A stretch of 32,000 bases of DNA from Schaalia odontolytica. Its GTDB lineage: Bacteria; Actinomycetota; Actinomycetes; Actinomycetales; Actinomycetaceae. Below the pieces are notes generated by a model. That model was not told where the DNA came from. It saw only the letters and a program-made list of their open reading frames with translations, and ran no database searches. The DNA is taken from contig NZ_CP040006.1 in NCBI RefSeq assembly GCF_005696695.1, forward strand, positions 2,310,001 through 2,342,000. The letters are read 5' to 3'. A program made the translations under genes and the position numbers. This document shows, one piece after another, positions 8,680 to 17,597 of the stretch; within the stretch, counting starts at the first letter, position 1, and the number at the start of each line of letters is the position of its first letter.

Positions 8680-10679
8680 CCGATAACACTGGGAACGAGA
8701 CCTCATCGCTGCGAATCGGCACAGTGACGGCGGTGCGTGGAAGGCGGATCGATATCACTGTGGACGTCGACAAGAATGACTCCAGCTTGATTTTTCAGGG
8801 TGAGATCATCAACAACGTTTCAATTGGCTCATTTTTAGTCGTACGACGAGGATACGCACACCTCGTCGTACAAGTCGAGGAAGAAGAGCTCGTCGAGAAC
8901 AATGCATGGGAGAACAGCACCTACCAGCGGGATGTCGACCGCAACACACGCATCCTCAAGACGATCCTGCTCGGCGAATTCGAAACAGACACGTCAGTAT
9001 CACCGTTCCAAACACACTTTGTTTCTGGATCTCAAACAAGTCCACTCATCGGTAATATCGCGTACCTTGCGTCTGCGAAGCAAGCTTCAAAGATTTACGT
9101 ATCAGAGTCTGCACCAGGAACACAGATTACAATTGGACATTTAGCGAATGACATCACGATTCCATTTCCAATCGATATATCGTCATTCTTTTCAACCCAC
9201 ATTGGCATTTTTGGCAATACAGGTTCCGGAAAGTCGCACACTATCTTCCGAATTTACACTCAACTCTTTGAGAGAGCATACCAATACACGACTAATGGAC
9301 ACCCACTCAACTCCTCCCAGTTTATCCTATTCGACACGAATGGGGAATACCGACACCTAAGTCACTCCAACATATCAGGCACCCCGACTTTCGGACACAT
9401 TTATGGTCTACCGAAGTCAAAATCCGACACAATCGAACAACAGACAAATCTCATCCCACTACCAGAAACAACCATACAGGATATCGAATTTTGGATCAGC
9501 ATACTCGAGGCTTCAGAACGCAAGGAGCGCTATTTAATTGAAAGCACCCTCAGGGTAAAATTAAATTCCGACTCAACTCGTAGTATCACACAGGAGCTTC
9601 TGCATATGTTTTTCACATGGCGCACACAGAGCACACTTAGCCCACCGATGATGTTCTTAATCTTGCGCAGGATTCACACCATTGCCGATCCGAACCATGA
9701 GACATTCTCACACGAGATTCACAAGTTTGAAAAGTCCATCAAGTGGGATTCCAGAAATCAAACATACTATATTGATACACCATCGGATCCCTTGTACACA
9801 AGCTCCCCTTTTTTCGAGAATCACTTAGATTCATTTTTTAATCGCGCTTTCTCTAAAGATTTCACTAAAGAGCTAACGTCCCTCGACAAATTTGAACTAG
9901 CATTTTATCTCACCTTTATCGCAGCCACAATTTCAGGGCACAGAGATGAAGCGCACATCAACTCACTACTCGATCGCGTCATTGACCGAGTTAGCATTCT
10001 TCGAAAATGGTTCATCTTTACCACAACCGACAGTCCATCATATCCAGTCCTTCAGATCATCAACTTCGAACAGGCCACTCAGACCGAACGCTATCTGATC
10101 CCACTTATCACCATCCGTGCGCGATATATAGAACAGCGGCGGAGATCCATTTCACCCAAAAATCCCACTTATTTGAATTTCATCATTGAGGAAGCTCATA
10201 CTCTGTTATCGCACGGAAGGCGCATCGAAGACAATTTCCATCAAAATGCACTTCTCGATTTACTGGAGGAAATCATTACAGAAGGTAGACACTTCGGCAT
10301 TTTTCTTACAGTTTCCTCACAACGACCTTCCGAAATTTCGACAAGAATCACATCGCAGTTGCATCATTATTTAATTCATCGTCTAGTGAATCCCGCAGAT
10401 CTAGCCTGCATCCAAAGCGCGATCAGTTTTCTCGACAGCAAGTCCTTTGAGTCGATCCCATCATTACCGTGTGGTACCTGCATCATCTCCGGCACGAGCG
10501 TTCAGATTCCTGCCGTCGTCAAGATTGATGAATTGCCCGAGGGGCGCAGGCCCAACAACGAGACAATTGATCTCGTCAAGCTGTGGGGCCTAGCGCCTGA
10601 CTCTTCCGTGGATGCTGGTAGCACCGCAGCCGATTTGGCCGACACTCAAGACACAGAATCAACAGATGAAGTGCCTTAA
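8676..10679 (+). CDS. HerA-like (DUF87/FtsK-HerA superfamily) ATPase
   Basis: There is an N-terminal barrel-like segment (LRIGTVTAVRGRRIDITVDV...FLVVRRG..LVVQVEE), Walker A GIFGNTGSGKSHT, Walker B NFIIEEAHTLL, and EGRHFGIFLTVSSQRPSEIS...LIHRLVNPADL. The ATG overlaps the SIR2 stop (ATGA at 8676-8679). Sampled lines are about 40% GC. Confidence 0.85.
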   Translation: MTDNTGNETSSLRIGTVTAVRGRRIDITVDVDKNDSSLIFQGEIINNVSIGSFLVVRRGYAHLVVQVEEEELVENNAWENSTYQRDVDRNTRILKTILLGEFETDTSVSPFQTHFVSGSQTSPLIGNIAYLASAKQASKIYVSESAPGTQITIGHLANDITIPFPIDISSFFSTHIGIFGNTGSGKSHTIFRIYTQLFERAYQYTTNGHPLNSSQFILFDTNGEYRHLSHSNISGTPTFGHIYGLPKSKSDTIEQQTNLIPLPETTIQDIEFWISILEASERKERYLIESTLRVKLNSDSTRSITQELLHMFFTWRTQSTLSPPMMFLILRRIHTIADPNHETFSHEIHKFEKSIKWDSRNQTYYIDTPSDPLYTSSPFFENHLDSFFNRAFSKDFTKELTSLDKFELAFYLTFIAATISGHRDEAHINSLLDRVIDRVSILRKWFIFTTTDSPSYPVLQIINFEQATQTERYLIPLITIRARYIEQRRRSISPKNPTYLNFIIEEAHTLLSHGRRIEDNFHQNALLDLLEEIITEGRHFGIFLTVSSQRPSEISTRITSQLHHYLIHRLVNPADLACIQSAISFLDSKSFESIPSLPCGTCIISGTSVQIPAVVKIDELPEGRRPNNETIDLVKLWGLAPDSSVDAGSTAADLADTQDTESTDEVP

Positions 10680-10734
10680 TGCTGTCCCTTGGCAGACATG
10701 AAGCATCTCCACCGCGCACGGCCAAACTGTGAGG

Positions 10735-10768
10735 GGGGGTGGGGTTCCCAACCGGGAACCCCACCCCC
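10735..10768. terminator. bidirectional terminator-like hairpin between the convergent HerA-like and dhaL genes
   Basis: A perfect 15-bp stem, GGGGGTGGGGTTCCC (10735-10749) / GGGAACCCCACCCCC (10754-10768), with loop AACC. Confidence 0.65.
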
Positions 10769-10792
10769 ACAGCGAACTGCTAAGCCGCAGCC

Positions 10793-11485
10793 TCAGAGAT
10801 TCTCAACGACCGCCGCGCGGGGGCCGCGCTCGCCGGTGGATGCGTCGCGCCAGGCCTCGAGGGCCCGCAGGAACGCGGTGGCGCCGGGGTCCTGGAGGCC
10901 GATCGAGCGGTCCTGCAGCCAGGAGGCGCGGCCGCGCTGCGACTGGAGGTCGCGGGTGGCAACGACAGCCTCGGCGGCGTCGGCGATGGCGCTATCCAGG
11001 GCCGCCGCCGCGAGCCCGCTGTCCGAAGCGACCGCAGGGTTGGCCTCGATGCTGCGGGCGAGAGAATCGACGGCGGGGACCATCGCGTCGAGGATGGTCT
11101 TGTCACCCACCTGGCTCTTGCCGCGGTGCGAGATGGAGCTGGCGGCCGCGCGGATGAATGCCTCGGCCTCGACAGCCGTGACGTCCTCGCAGCCGACCCA
11201 CACCTTGGACCCGGCGAGGAGGCCACCGGCGACCAGCGCCGCCATCGTCGACGGGTTGGCGTTGGCGAATGCCTTCGCGCAGGCGCGCGCCACGTCGGAG
11301 GGGGCAGGTTCGGGCTCGGTCGGCATGGCCTTGAGCGCCTCGATGACCGCGCGGGCTCCCGCGGAGATCGTGATGCCGAGGTCGCCGTCGCCAAGGACCT
11401 GGTCGAGGTCGCGCAGTTCGTCCGATGATTCGATGAGCAGTGTCATCGAGTCCTGAATGCGCTGGATGAGTTCGGGTGAACGCAT
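10793..11485 (-). CDS. dhaL: dihydroxyacetone kinase, ADP-binding subunit DhaL
   Basis: LRDLDQVLGDGDLGITISAG is the DhaL GDGD(H/L)G signature. The protein is all-helical and 230 aa long. It starts 3 nt after the dhaK stop. Confidence 0.85.
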   Translation of the reverse strand: MRSPELIQRIQDSMTLLIESSDELRDLDQVLGDGDLGITISAGARAVIEALKAMPTEPEPAPSDVARACAKAFANANPSTMAALVAGGLLAGSKVWVGCEDVTAVEAEAFIRAAASSISHRGKSQVGDKTILDAMVPAVDSLARSIEANPAVASDSGLAAAALDSAIADAAEAVVATRDLQSQRGRASWLQDRSIGLQDPGATAFLRALEAWRDASTGERGPRAAVVENL

Positions 11486-11488
11486 TTG

Positions 11489-12490
11489 TCATGCCTCCCT
11501 GAAGAACGGGGACTGGGCGGGGGCGTCGAGGAGCTCGAGGAGCTCGTCGTCGACCTTGAGCAGCGAGATCGAGGCGCCGGCCATTTCGAGGGACGTCGCG
11601 TATTCGCCGATGTAGCGGCGTTCGATGACGACGCCGAGTTCCTCGAGCCTCTGGTGGGTGCGGCGGTAGAGCAGGTAGAGCTCTTCGAGGGGCGTGGCGC
11701 CGAGGCCGTTCACGAGGACGGCCACACGGTCGCCTTCGGCCAGGCCGAGGTCGGGAATGACGGAGTCAAGGATCTGGTCCGCGATCTCGTCGGCGGTTCC
11801 GAGGGGGCCGCGGTGGATGCCGGGTTCGCCGTGGATGCCGATGCCGATTTCCATTTCGCCTTCGGGCAGGTCGAAGGATGCGGCGCCCGTGGTCGGGAGG
11901 ATCGTCGGGGACAGGCCGACACCCATGGTGGCCGTGTTGTCGACGACCTTCTGGGCGACGGCGGCGACCTCGTCGAGGCTGTCGCCGCGCTCGGCGGCAG
12001 CGCCCGCGGCCTTGTAGGCGAAGAAGATGCCGGCGACGCCGCGGCGGTCCTTGGCGCGTTCCTTGGGCTGGGAGGCTACGTCGTCGCAGCCGAGGACGGT
12101 GCGCGTCTCGATGCCGTCGAGTTCGAGGAGGTCGACGGCCAGGTCGAAGTTGAAGACGTCGCCGCCGTAGTTGCCGTAGAGGAAGAGCACGCCCGCTCCC
12201 CCGTCGACGGCCTTCGCGGCGTCGGCGCACTGCTGGACCGAAGGGGAGGAGAACACGTTACCGATGGCGACGCCGGAGCACAGCCCCTTGCCGACGTAGC
12301 CCTTGAAGAGGGGGAGGTGACCGGAGCCGCCGCCGGTGACGATGCCAACCCGGCCGGGTGCGGGGCTGTCGGCGCGGACGAGGACACGCCTGTCGTCTCC
12401 GGGGGTACGGACCTGATCGGGGTGCGCCAGGAGAATGCCCTCAACCATCTCATCGACGAACTGGTCGGGGTTGTTAATGATCTTCTTCAT
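11489..12490 (-). CDS. dhaK: dihydroxyacetone kinase, substrate-binding subunit DhaK
   Basis: MKKIINNPDQFVDEMVEGIL and GGGSGHLPLFKGYVGKGL match DhaK. GAAAGGA is correctly spaced for ATG 12490 (ATG 12496 is an alternative). Confidence 0.88.
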   Translation of the reverse strand: MKKIINNPDQFVDEMVEGILLAHPDQVRTPGDDRRVLVRADSPAPGRVGIVTGGGSGHLPLFKGYVGKGLCSGVAIGNVFSSPSVQQCADAAKAVDGGAGVLFLYGNYGGDVFNFDLAVDLLELDGIETRTVLGCDDVASQPKERAKDRRGVAGIFFAYKAAGAAAERGDSLDEVAAVAQKVVDNTATMGVGLSPTILPTTGAASFDLPEGEMEIGIGIHGEPGIHRGPLGTADEIADQILDSVIPDLGLAEGDRVAVLVNGLGATPLEELYLLYRRTHQRLEELGVVIERRYIGEYATSLEMAGASISLLKVDDELLELLDAPAQSPFFREA

Positions 12491-12492
12491 GA

Positions 12493-13590
12493 TCATTTCC
12501 TTTCTGTTGCGCCGCTATTGAGGGCGGCTGCTGGTTGTGGGCGCCTGAACGTCGATGTCAGGCGTGTTCGAACGTCTTTCCAGTTGACGCAGTCGAGAAC
12601 GAGGACGCCGATGAGGATGACGCCCTGGGCGATCGCGTACTGGAAGGCTGATAGGCGCATGGAGGTGAAGCCGCTTTGGACGACCTGGAGGGTGAGGGCT
12701 GCCAGGAATACGCCGCCGACGGTGGCGAAACCGCCGTTCGGGTTGGTCCCGCCGAGGACGGCGATGACGATGACGAGCAGCACGTAGGAGGCGCCGTAGT
12801 CCGCCGAGGCCGTGGGGTTTCGTGCGATGAACACGATGCCCGTGAGGGAGCCGAGGAATCCGGTGAGCAGGTAGGAGCTCAGGAGGATTCGGGAGGAACG
12901 AATTCCGGAGAATCGGGCGGCCGTCCCGTTGGATCCTTCGAGGGAGAGGGACAGTCCCAGCGGGGAGCGGTTGAGGATGAATCCAACGAGGAGGGCGACG
13001 AGTCCGAAGACGATGAAGAGGAGGGGAACTCCTGCGACCGCGGTCTTGCCGAACGCCGTCAGCGCTTCGGGGGATCCGTAGAGGGTTTTGCCGCCCGTCC
13101 ACACGACGGCGAGGCCGTTGAAGATCTGCATGGTGCCGAGCGTGGCGAGGATCGGGGTGACGCCAACGTAGGCGATGAGGACGCCGTTGACGAGGCCGCA
13201 CAGGAGTCCGACCCCCAGCCCGATGAGGATGATGACCGGGCCCCACTGTTCGGTTCCGCCCAGTGCACTCGAGGTGTACAGGGTCGACACGGTGATCGCG
13301 CAGAGGTTCGCGATGGCGACGAGCGACAGGTCGATGCCGCCGGTGACCATCGAGATCATCATGGCGATGGAGAGGATGCCGATTTCTGCGACGGCGAGCA
13401 GCATGTTCTGCAGGTTGAGGCCCGTGAGGAACACGCTCGGGGAGAGTACCGAGAAGATTCCGATGGCCACGAGGAGGATGAGGACCATGCGGGCGATCGA
13501 CCGGTCGCGGCGCAGCCGGGAGAGGATCGAGGCACTGAATTGGTCAATCCGGGAGTTTGTGTCGCGGAGTGTGTTGTTCATGGGACTCAT
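12493..13590 (-). CDS. carbohydrate ABC transporter permease (RbsC/LsrD-like branch)
   Basis: The protein is polytopic, with GGIDLS, GGTNPNGG and similar motifs of the monosaccharide (CUT2) permeases. Its start overlaps the upstream stop (ATGA). Confidence 0.85.
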   Translation of the reverse strand: MSPMNNTLRDTNSRIDQFSASILSRLRRDRSIARMVLILLVAIGIFSVLSPSVFLTGLNLQNMLLAVAEIGILSIAMMISMVTGGIDLSLVAIANLCAITVSTLYTSSALGGTEQWGPVIILIGLGVGLLCGLVNGVLIAYVGVTPILATLGTMQIFNGLAVVWTGGKTLYGSPEALTAFGKTAVAGVPLLFIVFGLVALLVGFILNRSPLGLSLSLEGSNGTAARFSGIRSSRILLSSYLLTGFLGSLTGIVFIARNPTASADYGASYVLLVIVIAVLGGTNPNGGFATVGGVFLAALTLQVVQSGFTSMRLSAFQYAIAQGVILIGVLVLDCVNWKDVRTRLTSTFRRPQPAAALNSGATERK

Positions 13591-14657
13591 CCTTCGACGG
13601 CTTGGGGGACGGCGTTGCTGTGGTCGACCTGGGCGCTCTTGGCGCGCATCGTTCGCGTGCTGCGCTTTGCGGCGAGCGCTTGGATGCCGACACCGGCGAC
13701 GAGGAGCAGGCCGACGGCGGCGCGCTGCCAGGCGCTGGGCACGCCGATGAGGATCAGCGAGTTGTTGATGAGCTGGACGAGCAGCACACCGAGGATCGTT
13801 CCGCGCACAGACCCGCGTCCGCCGAAGATCGATGCGCCTCCGAGGACGACGGCGGCGATGATGTCGAGTTCGTGGCCGACGAGTTCCTGCGGGTTGGCGG
13901 ACCTGCCGAGGATCATGTAGACCATGCCGGCGGTTGCGGCGAGGGTTCCGGCGATGACGTACACCCAGATTTGGGTGCGTTTGACGTTGATGCCGGCTCG
14001 GTGGGCGGATTCGGTGTCGCCGCCGATCGCGTAGATTGCGCGCCCGAACATGGTCCGGCTGAGCACCAGCGCGATGACGATCGCGAGGATAATGGCCGGG
14101 ATGATCATCGAGTGCAGCAACGCGACGCCCGTCGATGTTTCGACGGAGACGAGGTTCGCGGTCGAGGCCGACGCCATGCCCTCGGGCAGCTGGGCGATGT
14201 ACTTCGAGCCGATGTACGCCAGGAGGAAGCCTTGGAAGATTCCCTGGGTGCCGAGCGTGACGATGAGGGTCGGGAGCTTGAACCTGGAGATCAGGTATCC
14301 GTTGAGCAGGCCGAGGAGCGCTCCGATGGCCAGCGCCATCGCGAAGGATCCGACGAGGCCGATGTTGATTCCTCGGCTCAGCTGGAACACGATCGTGGCG
14401 TAGGAGGCGAACGAGGCGATGGCCGCGAAGGACACGTCGATGCCGCCGGAAATGATGACGAGGAGGACGCCCAGCGCGTAGATCATCGGGACGATGGAGG
14501 AACGCAGGAGGGAGAAGAGAGTCGAGACCGTGAAGAACGCGGGGCTGATCGCGGACATGATGATGGTCAGGAGGACCAGGACGGATAGGACGATTCCTTC
14601 ACGGTTGGGTCCCCAGATCCAGCGCAGGACGCGCCGTGCGACGGTATTCATGTTCAT
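13587..14657 (-). CDS. carbohydrate ABC transporter permease (RbsC/LsrC-like branch)
   Basis: The protein is polytopic, with GGIDVSF and GGASIFGGRGS motifs. Its start overlaps the ATPase stop (ATGA). Confidence 0.85.
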   Translation of the reverse strand: MNMNTVARRVLRWIWGPNREGIVLSVLVLLTIIMSAISPAFFTVSTLFSLLRSSIVPMIYALGVLLVIISGGIDVSFAAIASFASYATIVFQLSRGINIGLVGSFAMALAIGALLGLLNGYLISRFKLPTLIVTLGTQGIFQGFLLAYIGSKYIAQLPEGMASASTANLVSVETSTGVALLHSMIIPAIILAIVIALVLSRTMFGRAIYAIGGDTESAHRAGINVKRTQIWVYVIAGTLAATAGMVYMILGRSANPQELVGHELDIIAAVVLGGASIFGGRGSVRGTILGVLLVQLINNSLILIGVPSAWQRAAVGLLLVAGVGIQALAAKRSTRTMRAKSAQVDHSNAVPQAVEG

Positions 14658-16198
14658 GACACGACCATCTTTCTAATCGTTCGAGCATCGACGTCCTCGC
14701 CGGCCAGTTCGGCGGCGATGTGGCCGCCCTTGGTGATGAGCACTCGATGGCAGCAGGAGACGAGTTCCGGCGCGTCGTCGGAGATGATGACGATGGCCAT
14801 GCCGGCTTCCGCTTGTTCGCGCAGGATGTCGAGGATCTCGGCTTTGGAGCCGACGTCGACGCCGACCGTGGGGCCGTTGAGGATGAGGACCTTGGGGTTG
14901 CGCGCGAGCCACTTCGCGAGGACGACGCGCTGGGCGTTGCCTCCGGACAGGGATCGCACGGGGGCGAGGACGTCGGGTGCTTTGATGCGCAGCGACTCGA
15001 AGTAGTGGGCGATGGTTTGACGGATCTTGTCTTTGCGCAGCGTGTTGAGTTTCGAGGTGTGGTGGTCGATGGACGCGGCGATGACGTTATCGGCGATCGA
15101 CTTGTCGAGGAAGAGGCCCTCGGTGAGTCGGTCTTCGGGGACGTATCCGATGTGGGCCTTGATGGCCTGTCCGATGGATCCCACCTCGACGTGTTCGCCA
15201 TCGATGTAGACGCGACCGGAGTCGATGGGCAGGAGGCCAAAGAGGGCCTGGGCGATTTCGGTACGCCCGGATCCGAGGAGCCCGGTGATGCCGAGGATTT
15301 CGCCCTTCTTCACGGAGAAGCTGACGTCCTCGAAGCCTCCCTGGGAGGTGAGGGATTCGACGCGCAGGCGCTCCTCGGCGTCCTCAGCGAGGGGCGGGAC
15401 GCGTCGGCTCTGGTCGAGTTCCTTGCCGGTCATGTAGTGGGTGATCTTCTCACGGTCGAGGTCTTCGACCGGCGAATCGATGACGTTGCGTCCCGATCGC
15501 ATGATGGTGACGCGCTGCGAAATCGCCATGACCTCGTCGAGCTTGTGCGACACGAAGATGAGGGCGACGCCCTGTGCGCTCAGCTTTTCGACGACCATGA
15601 ACAGGCGGGCGACCTCACGCTGGGTGAGGGCGGTCGTCGGCTCGTCCATGATGAGGAGCTTCGCGTTGCCGGCCAGGGCGCGGCAGATGGCGGTGAGCTG
15701 CTTGTCCGCGACGGAGAGCTGTTCGACGTCGGCGTCGAGCGGGAGCGGGACGCCGAGGCGCTCGACGATCTGCGAGGCCTGCTGCTTCGCGTTCGTGGCA
15801 CTGAAGAACTTCTTCTTTTCTGTCACCGACGAGGTCATCATGATGTTCTCGGCGACCGTCAGGTTCGAGAATAGGCTGAAGTCCTGGTAGATGACCTGGA
15901 TGCCGGCGTCCATGGCGCTCAGCGGCGTGAGCGAGGAGACGGTGTGGCCGTCGATGAGTATGTGTCCCGCGTCGGGGGCGTGCACTCCGGAGATGACTTT
16001 GATGAGAGTGGACTTTCCGCAGCCATTCTCGCCGGCCAGGCACAGCACTTCTCCCGGCCAGACGGCCATGTTGACGCCATCGAGGGCGCGAACACCGCCG
16101 AAGTTCTTGACGATATCCCGAACCTCAAGAAAGGGGTTCTCCTGCACGCTGACGCCTTCTCCGTGGGGGCGCGGTGCTTCATCCACATTGCTGCGCAT
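14654..16198 (-). CDS. sugar ABC transporter ATP-binding protein with duplicated ATPase domains (RbsA/LsrA-like)
   Basis: The first cassette has Walker A GENGCGKST, LSVADKQ and LLIMDEPT. The second has LSGGNAQRV and LILNGPTVGVD. GAAGGAGAG lies before ATG 16198. Confidence 0.9.
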   Translation of the reverse strand: MRSNVDEAPRPHGEGVSVQENPFLEVRDIVKNFGGVRALDGVNMAVWPGEVLCLAGENGCGKSTLIKVISGVHAPDAGHILIDGHTVSSLTPLSAMDAGIQVIYQDFSLFSNLTVAENIMMTSSVTEKKKFFSATNAKQQASQIVERLGVPLPLDADVEQLSVADKQLTAICRALAGNAKLLIMDEPTTALTQREVARLFMVVEKLSAQGVALIFVSHKLDEVMAISQRVTIMRSGRNVIDSPVEDLDREKITHYMTGKELDQSRRVPPLAEDAEERLRVESLTSQGGFEDVSFSVKKGEILGITGLLGSGRTEIAQALFGLLPIDSGRVYIDGEHVEVGSIGQAIKAHIGYVPEDRLTEGLFLDKSIADNVIAASIDHHTSKLNTLRKDKIRQTIAHYFESLRIKAPDVLAPVRSLSGGNAQRVVLAKWLARNPKVLILNGPTVGVDVGSKAEILDILREQAEAGMAIVIISDDAPELVSCCHRVLITKGGHIAAELAGEDVDARTIRKMVVS

Positions 16199-16246
16199 GT
16201 GCTCTCCTTCGAGTGTCTTGTCGACTGCGCTGTCGTGGGACGCCCG

Positions 16247-16281
16247 CCCCGGCCTCGTGCCGATGTGTCACGAGGCCGGGG
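16247..16281 (-). other. intercistronic stem-loop between the SBP and ATPase genes
   Basis: A 13-bp stem, CCCCGGCCTCGTG / CACGAGGCCGGGG, with a 9-nt loop. It lies 9 nt downstream of the SBP stop on the transcribed strand. Confidence 0.55.
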
Positions 16282-16289
16282 CTGCGCGA

Positions 16290-17336
16290 TCAGAAGTCGT
16301 AGTTCTTCGCTTGCTCGGCGTCTGCGGCGATCTGGGCGTTGCCGACCCAGACGTTGTCGTAGCCGTCGAGCTTGTGGAGGTTGTTGTAACCCTCAATGCC
16401 GAGGTCCGTGCCTTCGGTGATGGTGCCGCCGTCAGCGAGGATCTTCGCGATCTGCAGCTGGGCCTTGCCAGCGAGGGCGGGATCCCAGAAGAAGATCTTG
16501 TCGATCGATCCGGTGGCCAGGTACTTCGCGGAGGCCGAGGGGATGGAGGTGCCCATGACGCAGACCTGATCGGACAGGCCGGCCTCTTCGATCGCGCGAG
16601 CGATGCCGGGCACGTCGTTACCGGCGGAACCCTGGAAGGCCTTGATATCGGGGTACTTGCCGAGGACTTCCTTGGCCTTTTCGTAGGCGGCCGTCTCGTT
16701 GTCGGTCGACTCGATGGGCGTCTCGACGCGCTCCATGTTGGGGAAGTTCTTCTGCTGGTAGTCGTAGGCTGCCTCGACCCATTCCATGTGGGTCTTGGCG
16801 GTCAGACCACCGACGAACTGCACGTACTTGCCGGTGCCACCCGTGCACTCCCCGAGGTTCTTCATGATGTCGACACCGTAGGAGGCGTTGTCAAATGCCT
16901 CGATATCCGCGTCAACGTTCTTGATGCCGGTCGCCTCGTGAGAGACCACCTTGATGCCCTGTGCGCGAGCCTGTTCAAGGACGGAGGAAAGGGACTCGGG
17001 CGAGTTGGGAACGACGGTGATGGCGACCGGCTTCTGCGCGATCAGATCCTGGATGATCTGGATCTGCTTTTCCGGCGAGACGTCCGTTCCGCCCTCGGTC
17101 CTCGTGTCGTATCCATTCTCGGCGCCCCATTCCTTGACGCCCACGTCCATGCGATCAAACCATGCGATGCCCTTGACCTTGACGACGGTGACCATCGTCT
17201 TGCCGGAATCGCCCGCGGCCGAGCCGGTGTTTGATGCGGAGTTGTCGCCTGCCGTCCCTCCGACGGTCGAGCAGGCAGTCAGAGCAAGCATCGATGCAAT
17301 GGACACCGATGCCGCCGTCAGTCTTCCGATCTTCAT
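16290..17336 (-). CDS. lipoprotein-type periplasmic sugar-binding protein (LsrB/RbsB/RhaS-like, type I PBP)
   Basis: MKIGRLTAASVSIASMLALTAC is a lipobox signal peptide, followed by a type I PBP body. GAGGAAG lies upstream of ATG 17336. The longer 395-aa ORF has an implausible N-terminus. Confidence 0.85.
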   Translation of the reverse strand: MKIGRLTAASVSIASMLALTACSTVGGTAGDNSASNTGSAAGDSGKTMVTVVKVKGIAWFDRMDVGVKEWGAENGYDTRTEGGTDVSPEKQIQIIQDLIAQKPVAITVVPNSPESLSSVLEQARAQGIKVVSHEATGIKNVDADIEAFDNASYGVDIMKNLGECTGGTGKYVQFVGGLTAKTHMEWVEAAYDYQQKNFPNMERVETPIESTDNETAAYEKAKEVLGKYPDIKAFQGSAGNDVPGIARAIEEAGLSDQVCVMGTSIPSASAKYLATGSIDKIFFWDPALAGKAQLQIAKILADGGTITEGTDLGIEGYNNLHKLDGYDNVWVGNAQIAADAEQAKNYDF

Positions 17337-17441
17337 GTCGTCACTTCCTCGTGATCTAGTTGTCGGACGTTCCGGGTTCGCCATCTCCTGCGATGACGCA
17401 CGCATCATGGCGTGACCCGCGTCGCAATCACTTACATTACA

Positions 17442-17455
17442 CGCGGTATCGCGCA
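17442..17455. promoter_or_regulatory. candidate operator, copy 1 (CGCGGTATCGCGCA)
   Basis: An identical 14-mer recurs at 17598-17611 in the same divergent intergenic region. The motif is an inverted repeat, CGCG-GTAT-CGCG. Confidence 0.35.
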
Positions 17456-17597
17456 GTAGCAACTCGTTTTCGCGCATTTATGACGGCTTGATTCGCCGCT
17501 AGCTGCTCACGGGCGCGCAGCTCAACGCACGGTTATACGCAAATGCTGAGCGAAAAACGCCCCTGTGGACTGGCGATTTAGGCAAATGCCCTCGTTG

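Noticed and set aside
10793-17336. Calling the ABC operon an lsr (autoinducer-2) uptake system.
   Set aside because: Only the transporter architecture is similar. No LsrK, LsrF, LsrG or SorC-type LsrR is present, and the regulator is DeoR-type.
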